From Stegostoma tigrinum (Eukaryota), in assembly GCF_030684315.1 (NCBI RefSeq), contig NC_081354.1, positions 128,999,314 through 129,063,313 on the forward strand: a stretch of DNA of 64,000 nucleotides, given 5' to 3'. This document shows positions 48,864-62,417 of this stretch, in pieces. The first letter of the stretch is position 1. Each line of letters starts with the position of its first letter. Under the pieces are notes generated by a model. The model did no database searches, was not told the DNA's origin, and saw nothing but the letters and a program-made list of their open reading frames with translations. The position numbers and the translations under genes are program-made.

Positions 48864-49696
48864 CTGTAAATTGATATGAAAAATAGCGTCGTAAAAAAAC
48901 TTCCAAAGACGTGGCCTCTTCCACAGGACACATATTTGACTACAAAGCTGTTGTACTAAGTAACAGTACTAAGCTGTTACATTTACTGGATAGATCCGAA
49001 GATATGTTCCAAGCTGTGTTAGATCACGCTGGAAGTAAAGATTACAATATCTGTAATATAGATAAACGCACATTGCATTACCAAATCGACTTACTCTCAA
49101 TCAGGAATTGCGGTTTCATTTTCGTCTTAGTATTTTCAGCAAAAAAACGCTAACCGTGGCAGGTTTCTGAATTCATTTTTTCGACAAGTTTTAAAAGCAC
49201 GCGCAACTTTTAAAAAAAGCTAATTATGTGAAACTTAAAAAAGAAACGTTCCTGTATAAGTCTATGCATTTATACTATCAAAACCAAAATTTTGCAAACA
49301 AAATGCAAATATTTCGAAACATCAAATTGCAGCTGAGATCCTGGGCAATCAGTTCCTGGGCATCAGTGATACATCTGACAGGGCTCTGAAAGAAGCAATC
49401 CACATGCTCAAAAACTGTTTCGCAAGATTTTACTTCTGCTATAGAGCGATTTTGTTCACACGTCTCGCCAGGAATGGACATATAGTTAACAATAATGCAA
49501 GACTTTTCATCGTTTAGCTGAACCAAGAGACCAGTCCTGTGCAACACACGAAATAAACTCCACTGCAAGAACAGTCAAGAGCAACGAAATAAAGTCGGAG
49601 GCAACAGCATAGCGATAGGAGTTGACTTGCGGAACTAGCCAACTGGCGGTACTTCTATCCGACCCTCGAAAGGCAACAGCAATGAAGAAAACTTAC

Positions 49697-49724
49697 TTTT
49701 GGGTGGATCTCCCATGTCTCCCAT
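49697..49724 (-). CDS. ISL1: ISL1 coding exon 1 (MGDMGDPPK + 1 nt)
   Basis: Minus strand reads caagaaATGGGAGACATGGGAGATCCACCCAAAA|gtaagt. 28 nt; MGDMGDPPKKKRLISLC N-terminus is diagnostic of Islet-1 rather than Islet-2. Confidence 0.96.
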
Positions 49725-49994
49725 TTCTTGCTATTGTGCAAAACTTTTTGATGTTGGTTATTTTGCCCTTTGAGTTGCTTTTTTTAAGGTTGTTGTGGGG
49801 GTGGGTGGGTGGAATTTGTGGATGGCAGTGGGTGGGTGGGGGTGGGATGGTTGGGGAGTTCCAGAGGAGCCCTTGGTTATATCCACAGTGTAGGGCTGGC
49901 TAAGAGGAGTTGCGGGCGTTGCGGCTCGTTATAGCCAGCCACTGGGGATGGGCTTGTGCAGAGAGGCAGTGCGCGCAGTCCAGCCGCTCATGCT

Positions 49995-50170
49995 CACTGC
50001 TCCTTATCTCTCAGCCACACTGGCTGCGCTTCCTCCAGCCCCACGCCATTGGTTTGACGTCCAGCGCGACTGACGTAAGACGCACGCCGTCTTCACACGC
50101 CCCCCTACGAGTCTCACTCCCCGCTGATTGGTCGCCACCTCGACCCTGGGCAGCACCAGCTGTTTGTATT
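49995..50170 (-). promoter_or_regulatory. ISL1 proximal promoter: E-box, two CCAAT boxes, CRE-like sites, GATA site
   Basis: Minus-strand order: AACAGCTG (~50157-50164), GACCAATC (~50125-50132), TTACGTCA (~50071-50078), GACGTCAAACCAATGGCG (~50044-50061), GAGATAAGG (~50002-50010). GC/CpG-rich, about 280-440 bp upstream of the ATG. Confidence 0.75.
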
Positions 50171-53100
50171 GTCTGTGCCTCAGCCTCTGAGTGTCGACTC
50201 GCCAGGCTCCAGTAGCCGGACCAGCAGCTATGGCATAACCCTTGGGCCCTCCAGTTTTCTCCTTCTCTGCCTCAACTTTCCTCCCTTCCACTCCCAGCGC
50301 TTTTATTTATGTTTCTCTCTGTGTGTCTCCATTTACTTTCGCTGTGAACTCTGCTGTATCCTTTCTGCCTCTTACTCACCGCCGCCCCTCCAACCTCAGC
50401 ACACCGCCACTCTATGCAAGTCCCCGTTCTGTGCAGGTTCCGCCCCCACCCCACTCCGTGTGTACAGCACAGCACCTGTAAATTGCAACTTGCGTTGGGG
50501 GAGAGGGGGGAGTGCGCTGGTTTCTGTGTCTCTGTACAACTCATAGACGCGATCTCCTTGTTATTTTCCACTCGTTTCAGTAACATGATGAAACTCTTGC
50601 CCCCTACATCCCACAGTCATGGGAGGAATGGAAATGGAATGCAAACTCAGGAGGAAGATCAGTTCACAATACAGTTACAATATAGTTTTCCAGTATAAGC
50701 TATCTATGAGATATGGGAATTTTGTGTGGTTATTTTGGCTCACGCTTGACAGAAGCGTGTTTACAGGACTGGAAATAAGACCTCGAACACAGGAAGCATA
50801 GGATTCGCCGACCCCTCCAAACCGCCGCCCCCATCCCCTTCCCCCACGTTGTAAACAGTTCATTTGAGGTAATTGGTGAAATACAGGGCAAGGTCAGTGT
50901 GCGGCGGAGGGACTCTGAGTTAGCCTTGCCAAAGCAGACCGGGTACAAACTGAAACAATAACATGCTGTTTCAATTGGCTGTTTTACGACTATATCTTCG
51001 TTGAATAAATAAATACAAGTGGCAACATGTGCATCTTGTTATATGAGGGTTTTCCACAAGTTTATAGTGAGACACTCAGAGTAGCTAATCCATTGTCCTA
51101 GTTTTTTTTTGTTTCCCCTGGAGAAGGAAGGTTGTGCAGAGTATATCGGGACAAGAATGGGATGTGCAGCATCAGACCGGATCAATTCTTTCTCGAATTT
51201 GCACACCCTAGACTTTCCCATCTGTGTTAAGTGCCACGTGCAAGAAAATTGCAAAAGCATAAAGGTAAGAAAACGGGTATCAAACTGCATTTTTTTTCTT
51301 CACCATCCTCTTTATAGTATCCGTTAAAAGGCGAAAATAAGGTTTAATATAAAGCAATAAAATAATGGGACAGTACTTTGCAAGAGAAATGCTGCTTCCA
51401 AAATAAAGGTGTAGGTATTTTAGCTTTTAAACTCACTCCTGGGATACGCATAAAGCACCTCGATAACAGCACATTTGATTGAAGGGATACCAAGAGTACT
51501 ATTGAGTCTGAATATATGAATAAGTAATTTACCGATATCCGCGATTTAGCTATGCAAAATGCATGCAAAGGCTGAAATGTAGTGTTCTACAGCTGAACGC
51601 TCCTCTGTCTTCAGAACATAACCTGCGTTTTTATTTAACATTTTCAACGCTTTCTTTAAAATGCTGTATCCTGGGCGAGATCTGCCCATTTGTCTTCTCC
51701 AGCTCAATACCCAGAGGCCGGAAGAGTGACCAAAACCCTGTAAACCCAGTGGGCACCTGTAATAATATGCACATTTTGGCAAGTGCTACAACCTCTCTAA
51801 TATCCCCACGCCCCCGCCCCCAAATCACCCGTTTAGTTTCGAGCAAATTCACGCTGGCTTATGCAAGCACCGAACAGTCATTTTCTTTATCAGGCCCAGA
51901 ATCAGGAACATTTCTCCAGCACCTCTCGCGCTTGGCTTGTGAGGCCACATGCCGCTTCTGCTAAGGGTGCTCCGTGAGCATACTTTTTTTTTAAAAAAAT
52001 GCGTGTGTGATCTACTGTGCGAGACAGACGGGCCCGCGGTAGAAAAAACACAATCCGGGAGAGAAGAACGAGAAGGTTCGAAATCCTGTCAACAATCAGA
52101 GCAGTTTAAAACTCCGCAGCTAGATGCCAATAAAATAGCGACCGGCAGACGACAGAAATACTGAGCTGAAAGCATTGAGAGGCTGGAGCGCTGGACTATG
52201 AACTGCCCATCTGTGCATCCTCTGCCCTGGAAATATAAACACTTCTAACGAGCTTTCCCTCTGATTGCTTTCTATATAATATCAACAATGCACATTAAAA
52301 TCAACTTAATTACCCGAGGCTTTTTATACATGAGCTAGCGCTTCGGGGAACACACGTGGGTAACACGAGCGGGTGAAAGCGGTGGGCTTTTCCATGTTTC
52401 AGCTGTGCGTAAACCTAATACGTAATTACAAAGAATAATTGCTGATAATAGTCCTAAACTGACAAATAAACACGTGGTTTAGCGGAAACCTATAGTGACA
52501 GGCCACAGCTTAGTGAGGAGGAAAACAAAGCATTGAACAGTTTGTCCACTCACATTACAGTCAATTGCCCGAAAAAGCCTGCGCTTTAAATCCAACTTCA
52601 CTTTCCCAATGATCTACTTGTTCCTTTCAGATCAGTTAGCTATTCAAAGTCAACCGGTCAGAATTAGAAAAGGGAGTCGTTTGTAACAAATTTTGTGCAT
52701 TTTTAAAAATTATACAAGGAGCACGACATTAGAGAATACCAAACGAAAAGTAAATTTAGTTTTCTTTCCATTTACGACTGTTTGGGGTGCCACAAAATGT
52801 ATGTTGACTACATGTACGAGACCAGGCCATTCAAAACCTAACTATGCCTGACGATAGGATCAGACGGACTGACGCTGTCACTGCCAAGTATTAGTTTGGA
52901 ATGGATATTAATCCGAGCCATACAGTACACAGTTGGTGTCATTTGCCTTACGCAGCTTACGAAAGCGCCAATGGGCTTCTGTCATGACGTTACACACCAG
53001 TGCTGTGGCACAGTCAATCATTGCTAAATTTGCAAATTTTCAAGATACCAGCCAAAGGATTTCTGAAAGTACTCGGAGACCAGTAATGCTCAGGAGGAGC

Positions 53101-56100
53101 TCCCTTAGATCTTTCTTCATTTAAGGAGCTAGAGATCCTTTTTGCAAATTTATTATTAGGGTAAGGACGGCATTTCCCACTCACCCATTCGCACAGAAAT
53201 TTGGCGATCTTAAAATGTTGAATAAAAATGTTACTCCATTGATATTGCTACCAACAATTTGCGAAGCACATTCATGAAAAGTCTTTCTTTTCGGATGAAT
53301 TTTAAATTTGAGTTGCTTTCTGCCAATTTGGTTTCATTCAGTAAATCAATGCAAACTTGAAAACTAAATTTGTCTGACTAATTGATGATATATGCCTCAA
53401 ATCTAATCTTAAAGCTATAATCCAGAATGGTCTGATCTGAATAAACCATTTTCATGATTATATCACGGCTAACTTTCAGCCATCCTTTTCACATAATGTG
53501 ATCCAGTGCAATGGTTCCCGGAGGGGGAAGGCTATCATGGCGGCAATATGTTTTACAAAAGATAGCAGTTTCTTGGACTTTAGTAACACGTATTTTGATA
53601 ATAGCTGACATCTTTTAGTGTGAACTTAGACACTAACGTTACTCATGGTTTAGATTAGTGTAAATATTTCTCCAAAATGTCACATAAAATCCAGTTGGGC
53701 AAACAATGTTGGGACGCAATTTTCACCAATGACTGTGTGCCTTTAGTAGAGGGGATGGTAGAAGGTCAATCAATGACAACTTTTTGGCTTTAAACCTACC
53801 GCGACCTACAGATGCACGGTACGATCAAGGTCTGCACGAAAATACCCCAGAAATGTAGTTACTGAGCTGATATCGACAAGATTCTGCGTGCTTTCATATC
53901 TATTTTGATAAGCAGCCTATTTTTAATGAACTAGTAGATTGTTTCACAATCTTGCTGGGTAATTGGCAAAATATCCGGCCGAGTATGTGTGAGCGCCAAA
54001 ATTGTTGTGGGGGGTGTGAATATCGCCGCATGATATGGTCTTGTGACTTCATTTCTGACTATAGAGACCACTTATCTCCCATGTGCTATAGATCCAAGTT
54101 AGAAATGTATAAAATAAATATTTCTTTTTTTTAAAAAAAGCACAAGTTTCATGATTGTATTATGGACATTTCGTGCAGCGAACGAATACAAAAGCTAGTC
54201 GTTATCTGAAATGCAATAACATAAGGGCATCAAAGGCAAACGACTTCTGGGTTGGTCACCTATTTACACGAATGCAAATACACGCGCATGAATCCTCTCG
54301 ATCGATGCCCAGTGATGATTATGGCTGATAAGTCCGGATATTTGCCAACGATCGCACAGCCATCTAATACTGTACCTCATTTGAGGGTGCGGAGATAACG
54401 CCAGCCTTTCTACTTTAAATCATGAATATAATTCCCTTACAATTATTTTACAGTGACATTATTCACCTCTTATTGCAAGCACCCCGTTCGAATTTATCCT
54501 CTACAGTCGATTGCCAAAAAAAGCACAATGTGTGGCCCCTTTTTTAAGTCTGCACAGAAATTCTTGGTTCAATAATTTTACTTTTGAACCTGTGCCTAAT
54601 TAATCTCTAAATGGCGTATACACATTGAAAATGAATGCTGGAAGGTGAAAAACACTCTGGTTTCACATAGTAGGAATGTGGAAACGGCAACTCTCTCAAC
54701 ATCAACCGGTTCCCTTCTTCGCTTATTTGTTTGGACTTCGGGAAGGAGGGAGTAATGGGCTATTTTTCAAACACTTGCGATTTCGGTAATCTTTCATATA
54801 AGGCCGGGCCAAATATACGTGTGTGGTTCGCATTGCTTTAAAAATCCGTTCACATTTTTGTTTCTTTCTGACTTGTAAGTTTGGTTATCTACTTTGCTGT
54901 TGTGATTGCTCGCGTTTTTGCACGTATAATAAAAAAAGATCATTTGCATTTGGTACTTGCCTCGAATTACGCTCAGATTAATATTGAACATTAGATTTTC
55001 TGGTTTGCAGGTTTGAGAGGAGAATAATAAAAAGCCTGCTCTCCCTGCTGTTTAATTAAGTCCTAGAAGCGCGTCTCAAACAGAAAATACAGCAGTTGCT
55101 GTTTAAAGCTTGATGCATATTGAAAATAAGGCTGTCGGTTCACCCCAAATAACTGTGTTTTTGGACATTGGGTTTTGAGTGAGTGTTGTGTTTATTAATC
55201 CCTATTTCCATCTGGATATGTAGTTGGGCATGCTAGCTAGCTCCCCCGCGAGGCACCGTAATTACACTAATTTTGATCTGTCTGAATATCAGGCCGTCTA
55301 TTTAGCGTGGACTGGAGTTGAAGGTGTGGAATTAAAGTGTGAAGTTCTCAGCCCCAGTGAGTCAGCCAACCCATGAAGAATAAAGGCGGCCACGATCAGC
55401 CAAGCATTGCATAATTTGGGAGTAGATCACTCTCTTTCTGTCGCGTCCTTCGTACATCCACTGCCAGTTTCACTAAACATACAACGAATATCTGAATTTT
55501 ACTCATTCTTTTTTGGGGGATGGGGTGAAGGAGAACGGATTTCTCAACCTCTGAAAGCTATAGAAAATCACTCGAGTGCTGCACAGTCAAATGATCAATA
55601 GGCTTTCAGCACATGACATCAGAGGGTCAGACCGGCTTTTTGCGCGATTCAGAAGAGTTTTAACTGTTCGTACACCAACAATGAATATTTGTAAGCACTA
55701 GTGCACGCCTTGATGAAGCCAGAAAAGGTAAACACATGTCCCTATTTACGTAGTAAAATGCTTTCTTAAAAACGTAATTTTAACTGGATAAATATGGAAT
55801 TAATGTAATACAATGTTTCAAATAGCGCTTTAGGGGAAAAGGTACACACTCCCCAATAATACACTACGTATTGGTATTTTAGCAAACCCAAATATTTCAT
55901 CTTTTTTTGAATACTGATAACCCCTGTTAAAACGCAGCTGAAGTTGCCGATCAGCTTGGTGGAGAAATGCGACTGACTTATCTTGCACTTCGTCTAAACG
56001 CGTATACAACAGACCTTGCAGCACAACAACAGCCCCCGAGACCCCCGCCCCCACCAACGTGAGAGAAAAGGAATAGATGTTGAATCTTAGGTCTACTTTA

Positions 56101-57141
56101 CGAGACACAATGACTCGGCGAGTGATATTAGCTATATACCCAAAGAAATGTATATCTCTGAAAAAGCCGAGAGTGGGCGAAAGACACTTTTACTGCAGAC
56201 GACTCACAGAGGAAACTGTCCTAACATTATTGTTATTTTTAAATTGTGTCTAGTCCGAACAAGTGCGATTATAAATGCATTGCGTCAAAGTCCACACGAG
56301 TTAGTATTACTTAAACCAATGTTTAAAACTAGTGCTAAGAAAAAAATCTTTAAAATGGGCTTTCACGACAATCGCATATGTAATGATTTAATTTCAGGCT
56401 GTTTTCTATTGTATTCGAATTGGATGGTCTAGACCAACTAGAAGCTAATTCAACAATAAATCTTTTTAATTTTTGCTGCATTTGGAAGGCAGATGAATGA
56501 GGGAAGTTAACGTAAACTAAATTACAGCAGTGTTCCAGAGGAAATGTGCTGAGGTATGAATTCTGCTCCGGAGAAAAAAATGCACTAGAGAAATCAATCA
56601 TCAAATTTATTGGATTCTCTGGAGGGTTCTTTATTCTCCAGAGGTGGGCGATCTTTAATCTCGCGGACCTTGACTGCTGAATGTGTAGAACAAATGTACC
56701 ATATTAGCACTAAATCTGTTGAGAACGTTCTGTACCTCGAACTGAAAAGAGAGCAGCCTGAAGCCTTCAGTTTCAAATCAACAGAATGCAATTCATTAGC
56801 GCAACAGCCTGCTTAAAGAGACAGCACATCTCCCTTCAGATAGCTGAGGGGGCATTTTACATACAATATCCAATCAGACTTCCAGCATCCGCAGTTGTTG
56901 TTTTTATTTTAGTGTCCAATCAACATTTCTCGGTTTTATAAAAGTTTCATTTCGTATTTAAGTGCCTGTGTCCATGTTTTCCCTTTAAAAAGTCCCGTAA
57001 TGCAAAACACGCTGCAGCCACGTATCTTTAGAGATTGTAATGGTCAAAGTAAACGCGGCGAATTCGATAAAGCGCATATCAGTTAATAATTTAAATTAAA
57101 AGAACGAATACCACTCAGCCTGCCAATTGAATGCACTCTTA

Positions 57142-57372
57142 GAAACAGTAGGAACTGCAGATGCTGGAGAATCTGAGATAACAAGGTGTAGAGCTGGATG
57201 AACACAGCAGGCTAAGCAGCATCAGAGGAACAGGAAGGCTGACGTTTCGGGCCTTGAATCGTCTTCAGAAGAAAATTTCTGAAGAAGGGTCTAGGCCTGA
57301 AACGTCTGCCTTCCTGCTCCTCTGATGCTGCTTGGCCCGCTGTGTTCATCCAGCTCTACACCTTGTTAGACA
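57142..57372. mobile_element. Palindromic (inverted) Penelope pLTR pair with 14-bp TSD
   Basis: Arms ~57179-57270 and ~57277-57368; TGAATGCACTCTTA (57128-57141) versus TGAATGCATTCTTA (57373-57386); hammerhead cores on both strands. Confidence 0.9.
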
Positions 57373-58461
57373 TGAATGCATTCTTATTTTTGAAACTGAC
57401 CAATTTTCTAAATTCCATTTAACGGACTAAAAAAGAAGCACGTTGACATAAATGGAATAAAATTTTAAAACGCCCACCATATCCAGAAAATGCGTCGAAC
57501 ATCGAATAATCAACGTTTGTGCTGATGTTAGGCGTAATTGTAGAAGTGAGCTTGGAGGAAATCTCATATTTTTCACGTTAACTTAATATCTCATGGGATT
57601 TAACTGGTTTCCTTCAAGTTGTGCATAGAAACAAATAAATAAATTGACTATTATTTACTTCCATTATTTACTCATCGTCTAGTCACTAGTGATAACACTG
57701 CGCAAGCAATTGTACACTTTTATCAAATGTTGCAGCAACAGGTTGTAGGGAAAATGCGGGTCACGCTGATGCGATCAAATAAACATGTCAGAAATATTTG
57801 GTTATATTAAGAGCCACGGATCATTGCTTTCCTGACTTCACGATTTGTACATGTATTGATTCCGCCCTATGTGTTCCGAACGATACAAACACCTCAACAT
57901 GCGAACGTATATTGGGGCCACAACAGATATTTGAAGACCCAGCTAAAGTTGTTTGTAAAGTGTATGTGCGTGCGTGTTTAGTGAGGAGGGGCGACCGGGG
58001 GCAGTCACGCTGAAGTACGGCATGTTTTGTCTAGGTTTTATGAGCCATCCGGCTACGTCTGAACATTGTCTGAGTGGGGGAGGGCGGCCACGTGATAATC
58101 AACCATACAATATGAAGGTTTTTTGAAGAAGATTAAATGTTACTATAGAAACCTAACGGTATTACTGGATACACTGTTACTAGAATAGCACGTTAATTAT
58201 AGTTTATGTACCGTGTTGTAAACTAATAGTACTGCCAATTGAAAATTAACAAATTATACGGTGTATCAACATATTTTGACGGAACCTCTAGAACATCATT
58301 CTACAATGTAACAAGAAAGGGGGCGCTATACTTCAATGTCTGCAACGATGCAGTTGTCATATTTGAATTCTGCGGCGCCACATCCTCAAGCACTAGAACT
58401 GTGATCTACTGTCTCCCCTATTATCTGGAAATAGTGTTTTCAAAGTCATCAAAATAAAACA

Positions 58462-58660
58462 ACAGACTGCGGATGCTTAAGATCTAAAACGGAAGAAAGT
58501 TAGAAATTGTTTGGGAAACTCAGTAGGTCTGTTTCGAGCCGAGGGACCCTTCATCAGAACGTTTCAGAAGGGTCACTGGACTTGAAACACTAACTCTGTA
58601 TTCACAACACAGATGCTGCCAGACCTGCTGAGCTTCTCCAACAGTGTCTGATTTTGATTC
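58462..58660. mobile_element. Older inverted Penelope pLTR pair
   Basis: gaaactcagtaggtctg / cagacctgctgagcttc arms; minus-strand CTGATGAAGGGTCCCTCGGCTCGAAAC at 58531-58557. Confidence 0.7.
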
Positions 58661-61600
58661 AAAGTCAAACGTCCTGGACGTGGTAAACTAAATATAAAAA
58701 GGCAACACATCTACGAATGTGTTCGCAATTTGATCACCTTCAAGTGTGTAGAAGGACAGTTGTCTTGTTTCTTTTCACACTGGTCTTAAAACTCGACTTC
58801 TTAAACAAAGATGCGATCTACTTTTATGGTAGCTGTTATTCGGCTCAATACTGGTTGGCCAATCTTGGAATACAGGAAATCAAAGCAGGAGTAATCTATT
58901 CGGCCCCTCGAACCTGTTCAGCCATTCAAAGTCATGGCAGGTCATCTGCCGTAACGCTATTTTTCCGCTCTACTTCTACAATCCTTTACTATCTAAAAGT
59001 AACATTCTGGCGTTTGTAGAATGGAATGTTTGAAGCTGGTTTATTGCTTTGCTGGCAGTTTTTGTTCGTAAAAAAATTTCAAGAAGGGATAACGAACATA
59101 ATTAAAACAAAATGGAAATAAGAGACAATTATTAACTAACATCTTGCAAAGTATCACAGACACCAAAACAACACATTATATGGTTTAAAAAAATCTTATT
59201 CTAACGTTAAATTGTGCGTGTTCTGCATGGACAAACGATGGGGCGTCCAGAGTTAGCTTTCCTTGTTGTGACCTGACCAATGTTCAATGTGCGTATTCTA
59301 AATAACTTGTTTCACAACACTGCAAGAGGATTGAACAGGCTGCACTTATTTGGGATTATAATAATTGACAGGTATATGTCCTGGACAAAATTTATGATCA
59401 GAGCTGTAAATGCAAGCTTTGTTAAATGCTTGCGAGGTGTAATAAATATCACATAGAGCAATTATTCTCTATAAGGTAATTTAACATTCGAAAATTATAC
59501 GAATTCCGGTTAAGTGAAACGTTTTACCCTGAGTCATAAGATGGTTTAAAGTTTCACATATACTGTATTCACTGATACGTAAAGTGGAATGTTTAATTGG
59601 CTAATAACAATTTAATCTTTTACATTTGAAGTGTAAAGAAGGCCAGTGTCAGTATGAAGCCTGCACGATCACCGAATGCCCCAAAGTCAAGGAAATAATT
59701 TGGAAGTGTCGTTGCTCGTGTAACTTGCAGAACTGGGGAAATATATAAAGTGCTGCATCTTGCCAAATTTTACACAAGAAAATATATAAAGTAGTAAATA
59801 TTCAAGCTCCCCTTACATTGAGATTTATGTTGCACGGTTTCTATGCAACACTCTGTATACAGTATTGCGGAAAGTTTCACGATCAGAGAAGTATGAAACT
59901 TCCCTCACTTCATTTGCACATATAAATGCATTTCTCTAAATTAAGCTATAGCAACCGATAAGAAGATTAACTTTTGAACAGTTGGGGTCTCACAGCTGGA
60001 CGTTCGCTATTGTTCGACTTTGCCTTCATAAAATTGTTGTCCTTCTCTGCATAACACACAGTCAACAGCAATCACTGACGCTGTTATTCGTCCTTCCAAT
60101 AATACATGAGAAACCGAGACAGTAGTTTCTCTCAATTGAAAATGTCTGATGCTGTAGTTCGAGGTCTAAACTAAAATTTCGGCAGAGACTCCATTAGTAA
60201 GCTGCTGAAACATCCTTAGTAATATTATCTATATTCTTTTAAAAATCTAAACAAAAGAACAAAGACGAACAGAAGGGAAGGGCTGTAGTGTTGGCCAGGC
60301 TGTTAGAAATGACCCTGCCGTCTCATTTATTACCATATTAATCGTAGTAAATTACTCTTCAGATGCTTAAATGAGTCTAAATGGTTCCAAAATAACACTT
60401 TCGCTACACTGAATCGCCACCCTATCGTTTACGGCTGTGGATTAAGACACCCAAAGTAACACCTTCGTAGAAATTATTTTAATTAAGTCTCACTTTGTGC
60501 TTGTGTATTTCAAATACATTGATATTGAAGTTTTCGAATTTATTCCAGAACTGCAGATGCGTGGTTGAGTGTGGGAAAGGAGAATGAACGCTTCTAGTTA
60601 AAATTCTTGCAAGAAATACAATTTGTGGAAAATTCATGCTCGCAAGGTGTGTGGGCTTTGGAAAGAATAAACAATGACTAGCTACATCTCGACATTTGCT
60701 CAGCTTCTGGTCTTTGCAATTTCAATTAAGCAATGTACACTGGTGGCACATCCCGCACAACTCAGTCAAGCCTAAGTAGCAAACTCGCGTTGTACATGTG
60801 ATCCATATACTTTGGGATTCATCTTATGGATGGATAAATGCCCGCTCTCTCAGCTCTCGCTGCTGAACTCTGCGCTGCGTTGCTTAACCGAATCGAAGGG
60901 CGGCTGCTTACATAATCTTGTATGCTCTTAATAATGACTAAAACCGCAAGATTTTATCTTGTCAAGCCTGTAAATAATGTAAACAGGGTGAATTGAAATA
61001 AAAGGTAGTGAAAATATCATGGTCCCTACCGAAGGATTGGGATTTTGGTGTGTTCTTCAAAAAAAAGGCTCGCCCATCACCTCAAAAACATTGTTTTACA
61101 TTGAATCAAATTGAATTGCGCTCATATGGAACGAGTCCAGTATGTGGACCTCTCTTTTCGCTGCGATATGGGATATCTTTCGAGTTAAGAAAGGAGCCTT
61201 GTTTACATTAGCAATTACCTGGTATCATTCCTGTTAGGGCATTCAGAGTGCAAGCATAAACGTTTGCCCAGGGAGACAGGCGGAGACGGGGCGATATGAA
61301 CTGCGATTTGGAGCAATTAGCCATCCTTGAGTTGAGTGGTTTGGGGTGGGGGTAACTTCTATTTTGACATCTCATACTCGTAGTTTAAATCTTCAGTGGT
61401 TAGACTTGTGCCTTTTCTCTGCAAAGTTTTATCAGTAAACATGATCTTTAAGATACAGAGGAATTGTCGGTTGTTTTCTTCTGTAATGGCGCGGACTGAC
61501 AAGAAAGTTCAGTCCGTCGGAGCTCTGGGACTGGGTTTGACCTGTTAATATTTGATGCACGGCTCACTGATCGCAGTTATACCGGCAACTGCATCTAACG

Positions 61601-62368
61601 TTGAGTTTAGCAGGAAATGAAGCCCTCTTATTAGAAGCGCACTGACTAGCAATTTCTACTGAGCTTGAGCGACTTTACAAATTTCGAAGAGATCCGGCAG
61701 GTTACTTGGAGACACTAAGTTATGTTTTTGATATGGTCGAAATTAATATCGATATTGCTTTACAAATGTACATTTACAAGTAATTGCCGTCATTTTTATA
61801 GCTTTATTTCTGTCTCGCAAGTAGTGTAGTTAGATATTCCTGACCGCAATACAAAAAGCAGAAAGCATCACGTCTCATGGAACGGGTAGGTCCATTTTCC
61901 ACACACGTTTGTTGGGGCTTTGTGAAGTTTCACATCATTTATGTAGTAAGTGACAGTAACATAATTTGAGGAGGTGCCTTGGACCAGTTACCAGACTCCA
62001 GAGCTCTTTGCAATCGTTTGACTATTTAAATATTACTGAGCGAAATCCCTACTAACAGAAATAGTTCCACCAGTGATTGTCAGGGAATTGTTGTGAAGTT
62101 GCGGGTTGCAAGTTGCTAATTTTTCACCTGGACTACAGAATTGGGGCGGGGTTGGCGTGGAAATCTTACGCGATATAAAAATACCTGTAAAGATTAAATA
62201 AATGGACTAGTCCATTTTGTCAGATTTTGAGAACAGTTGCTACATTGTGTCAAGGCCCTCCCCCTTTAAAGTGTTCATTCAAGATCCCCAAAACGATTGG
62301 TTGGAAACTCTTAATGGTAGAATGGGCCGATTTAAGTGTGCAGAGATGAAACGTCCCCTAAAATTCAA

Positions 62369-62417
62369 GATAACAGAGTGCGGAGCTGAATGAACACAGC
62401 AGGCCAAACAGCATCCA
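62369..62417 (-). mobile_element. 49-bp Penelope pLTR stub with 16-bp TSD
   Basis: GTCCCCTAAAATTCAA at 62353-62368 and 62418-62433 flanking gataacagagtgcggagctgaatgaacacagcaggccaaacagcatcca. Confidence 0.9.

Noticed and set aside
40351-49724. ISL2 assignment
   Set aside because: The N-terminus MGDMGDPPKKKRLISLC and C-terminus SMVASPIEA match Islet-1.
49622-52164. Many 60-133 aa ORFs around the promoter
   Set aside because: Expected by chance in GC-rich promoter DNA; no motifs, and many start at non-ATG codons.
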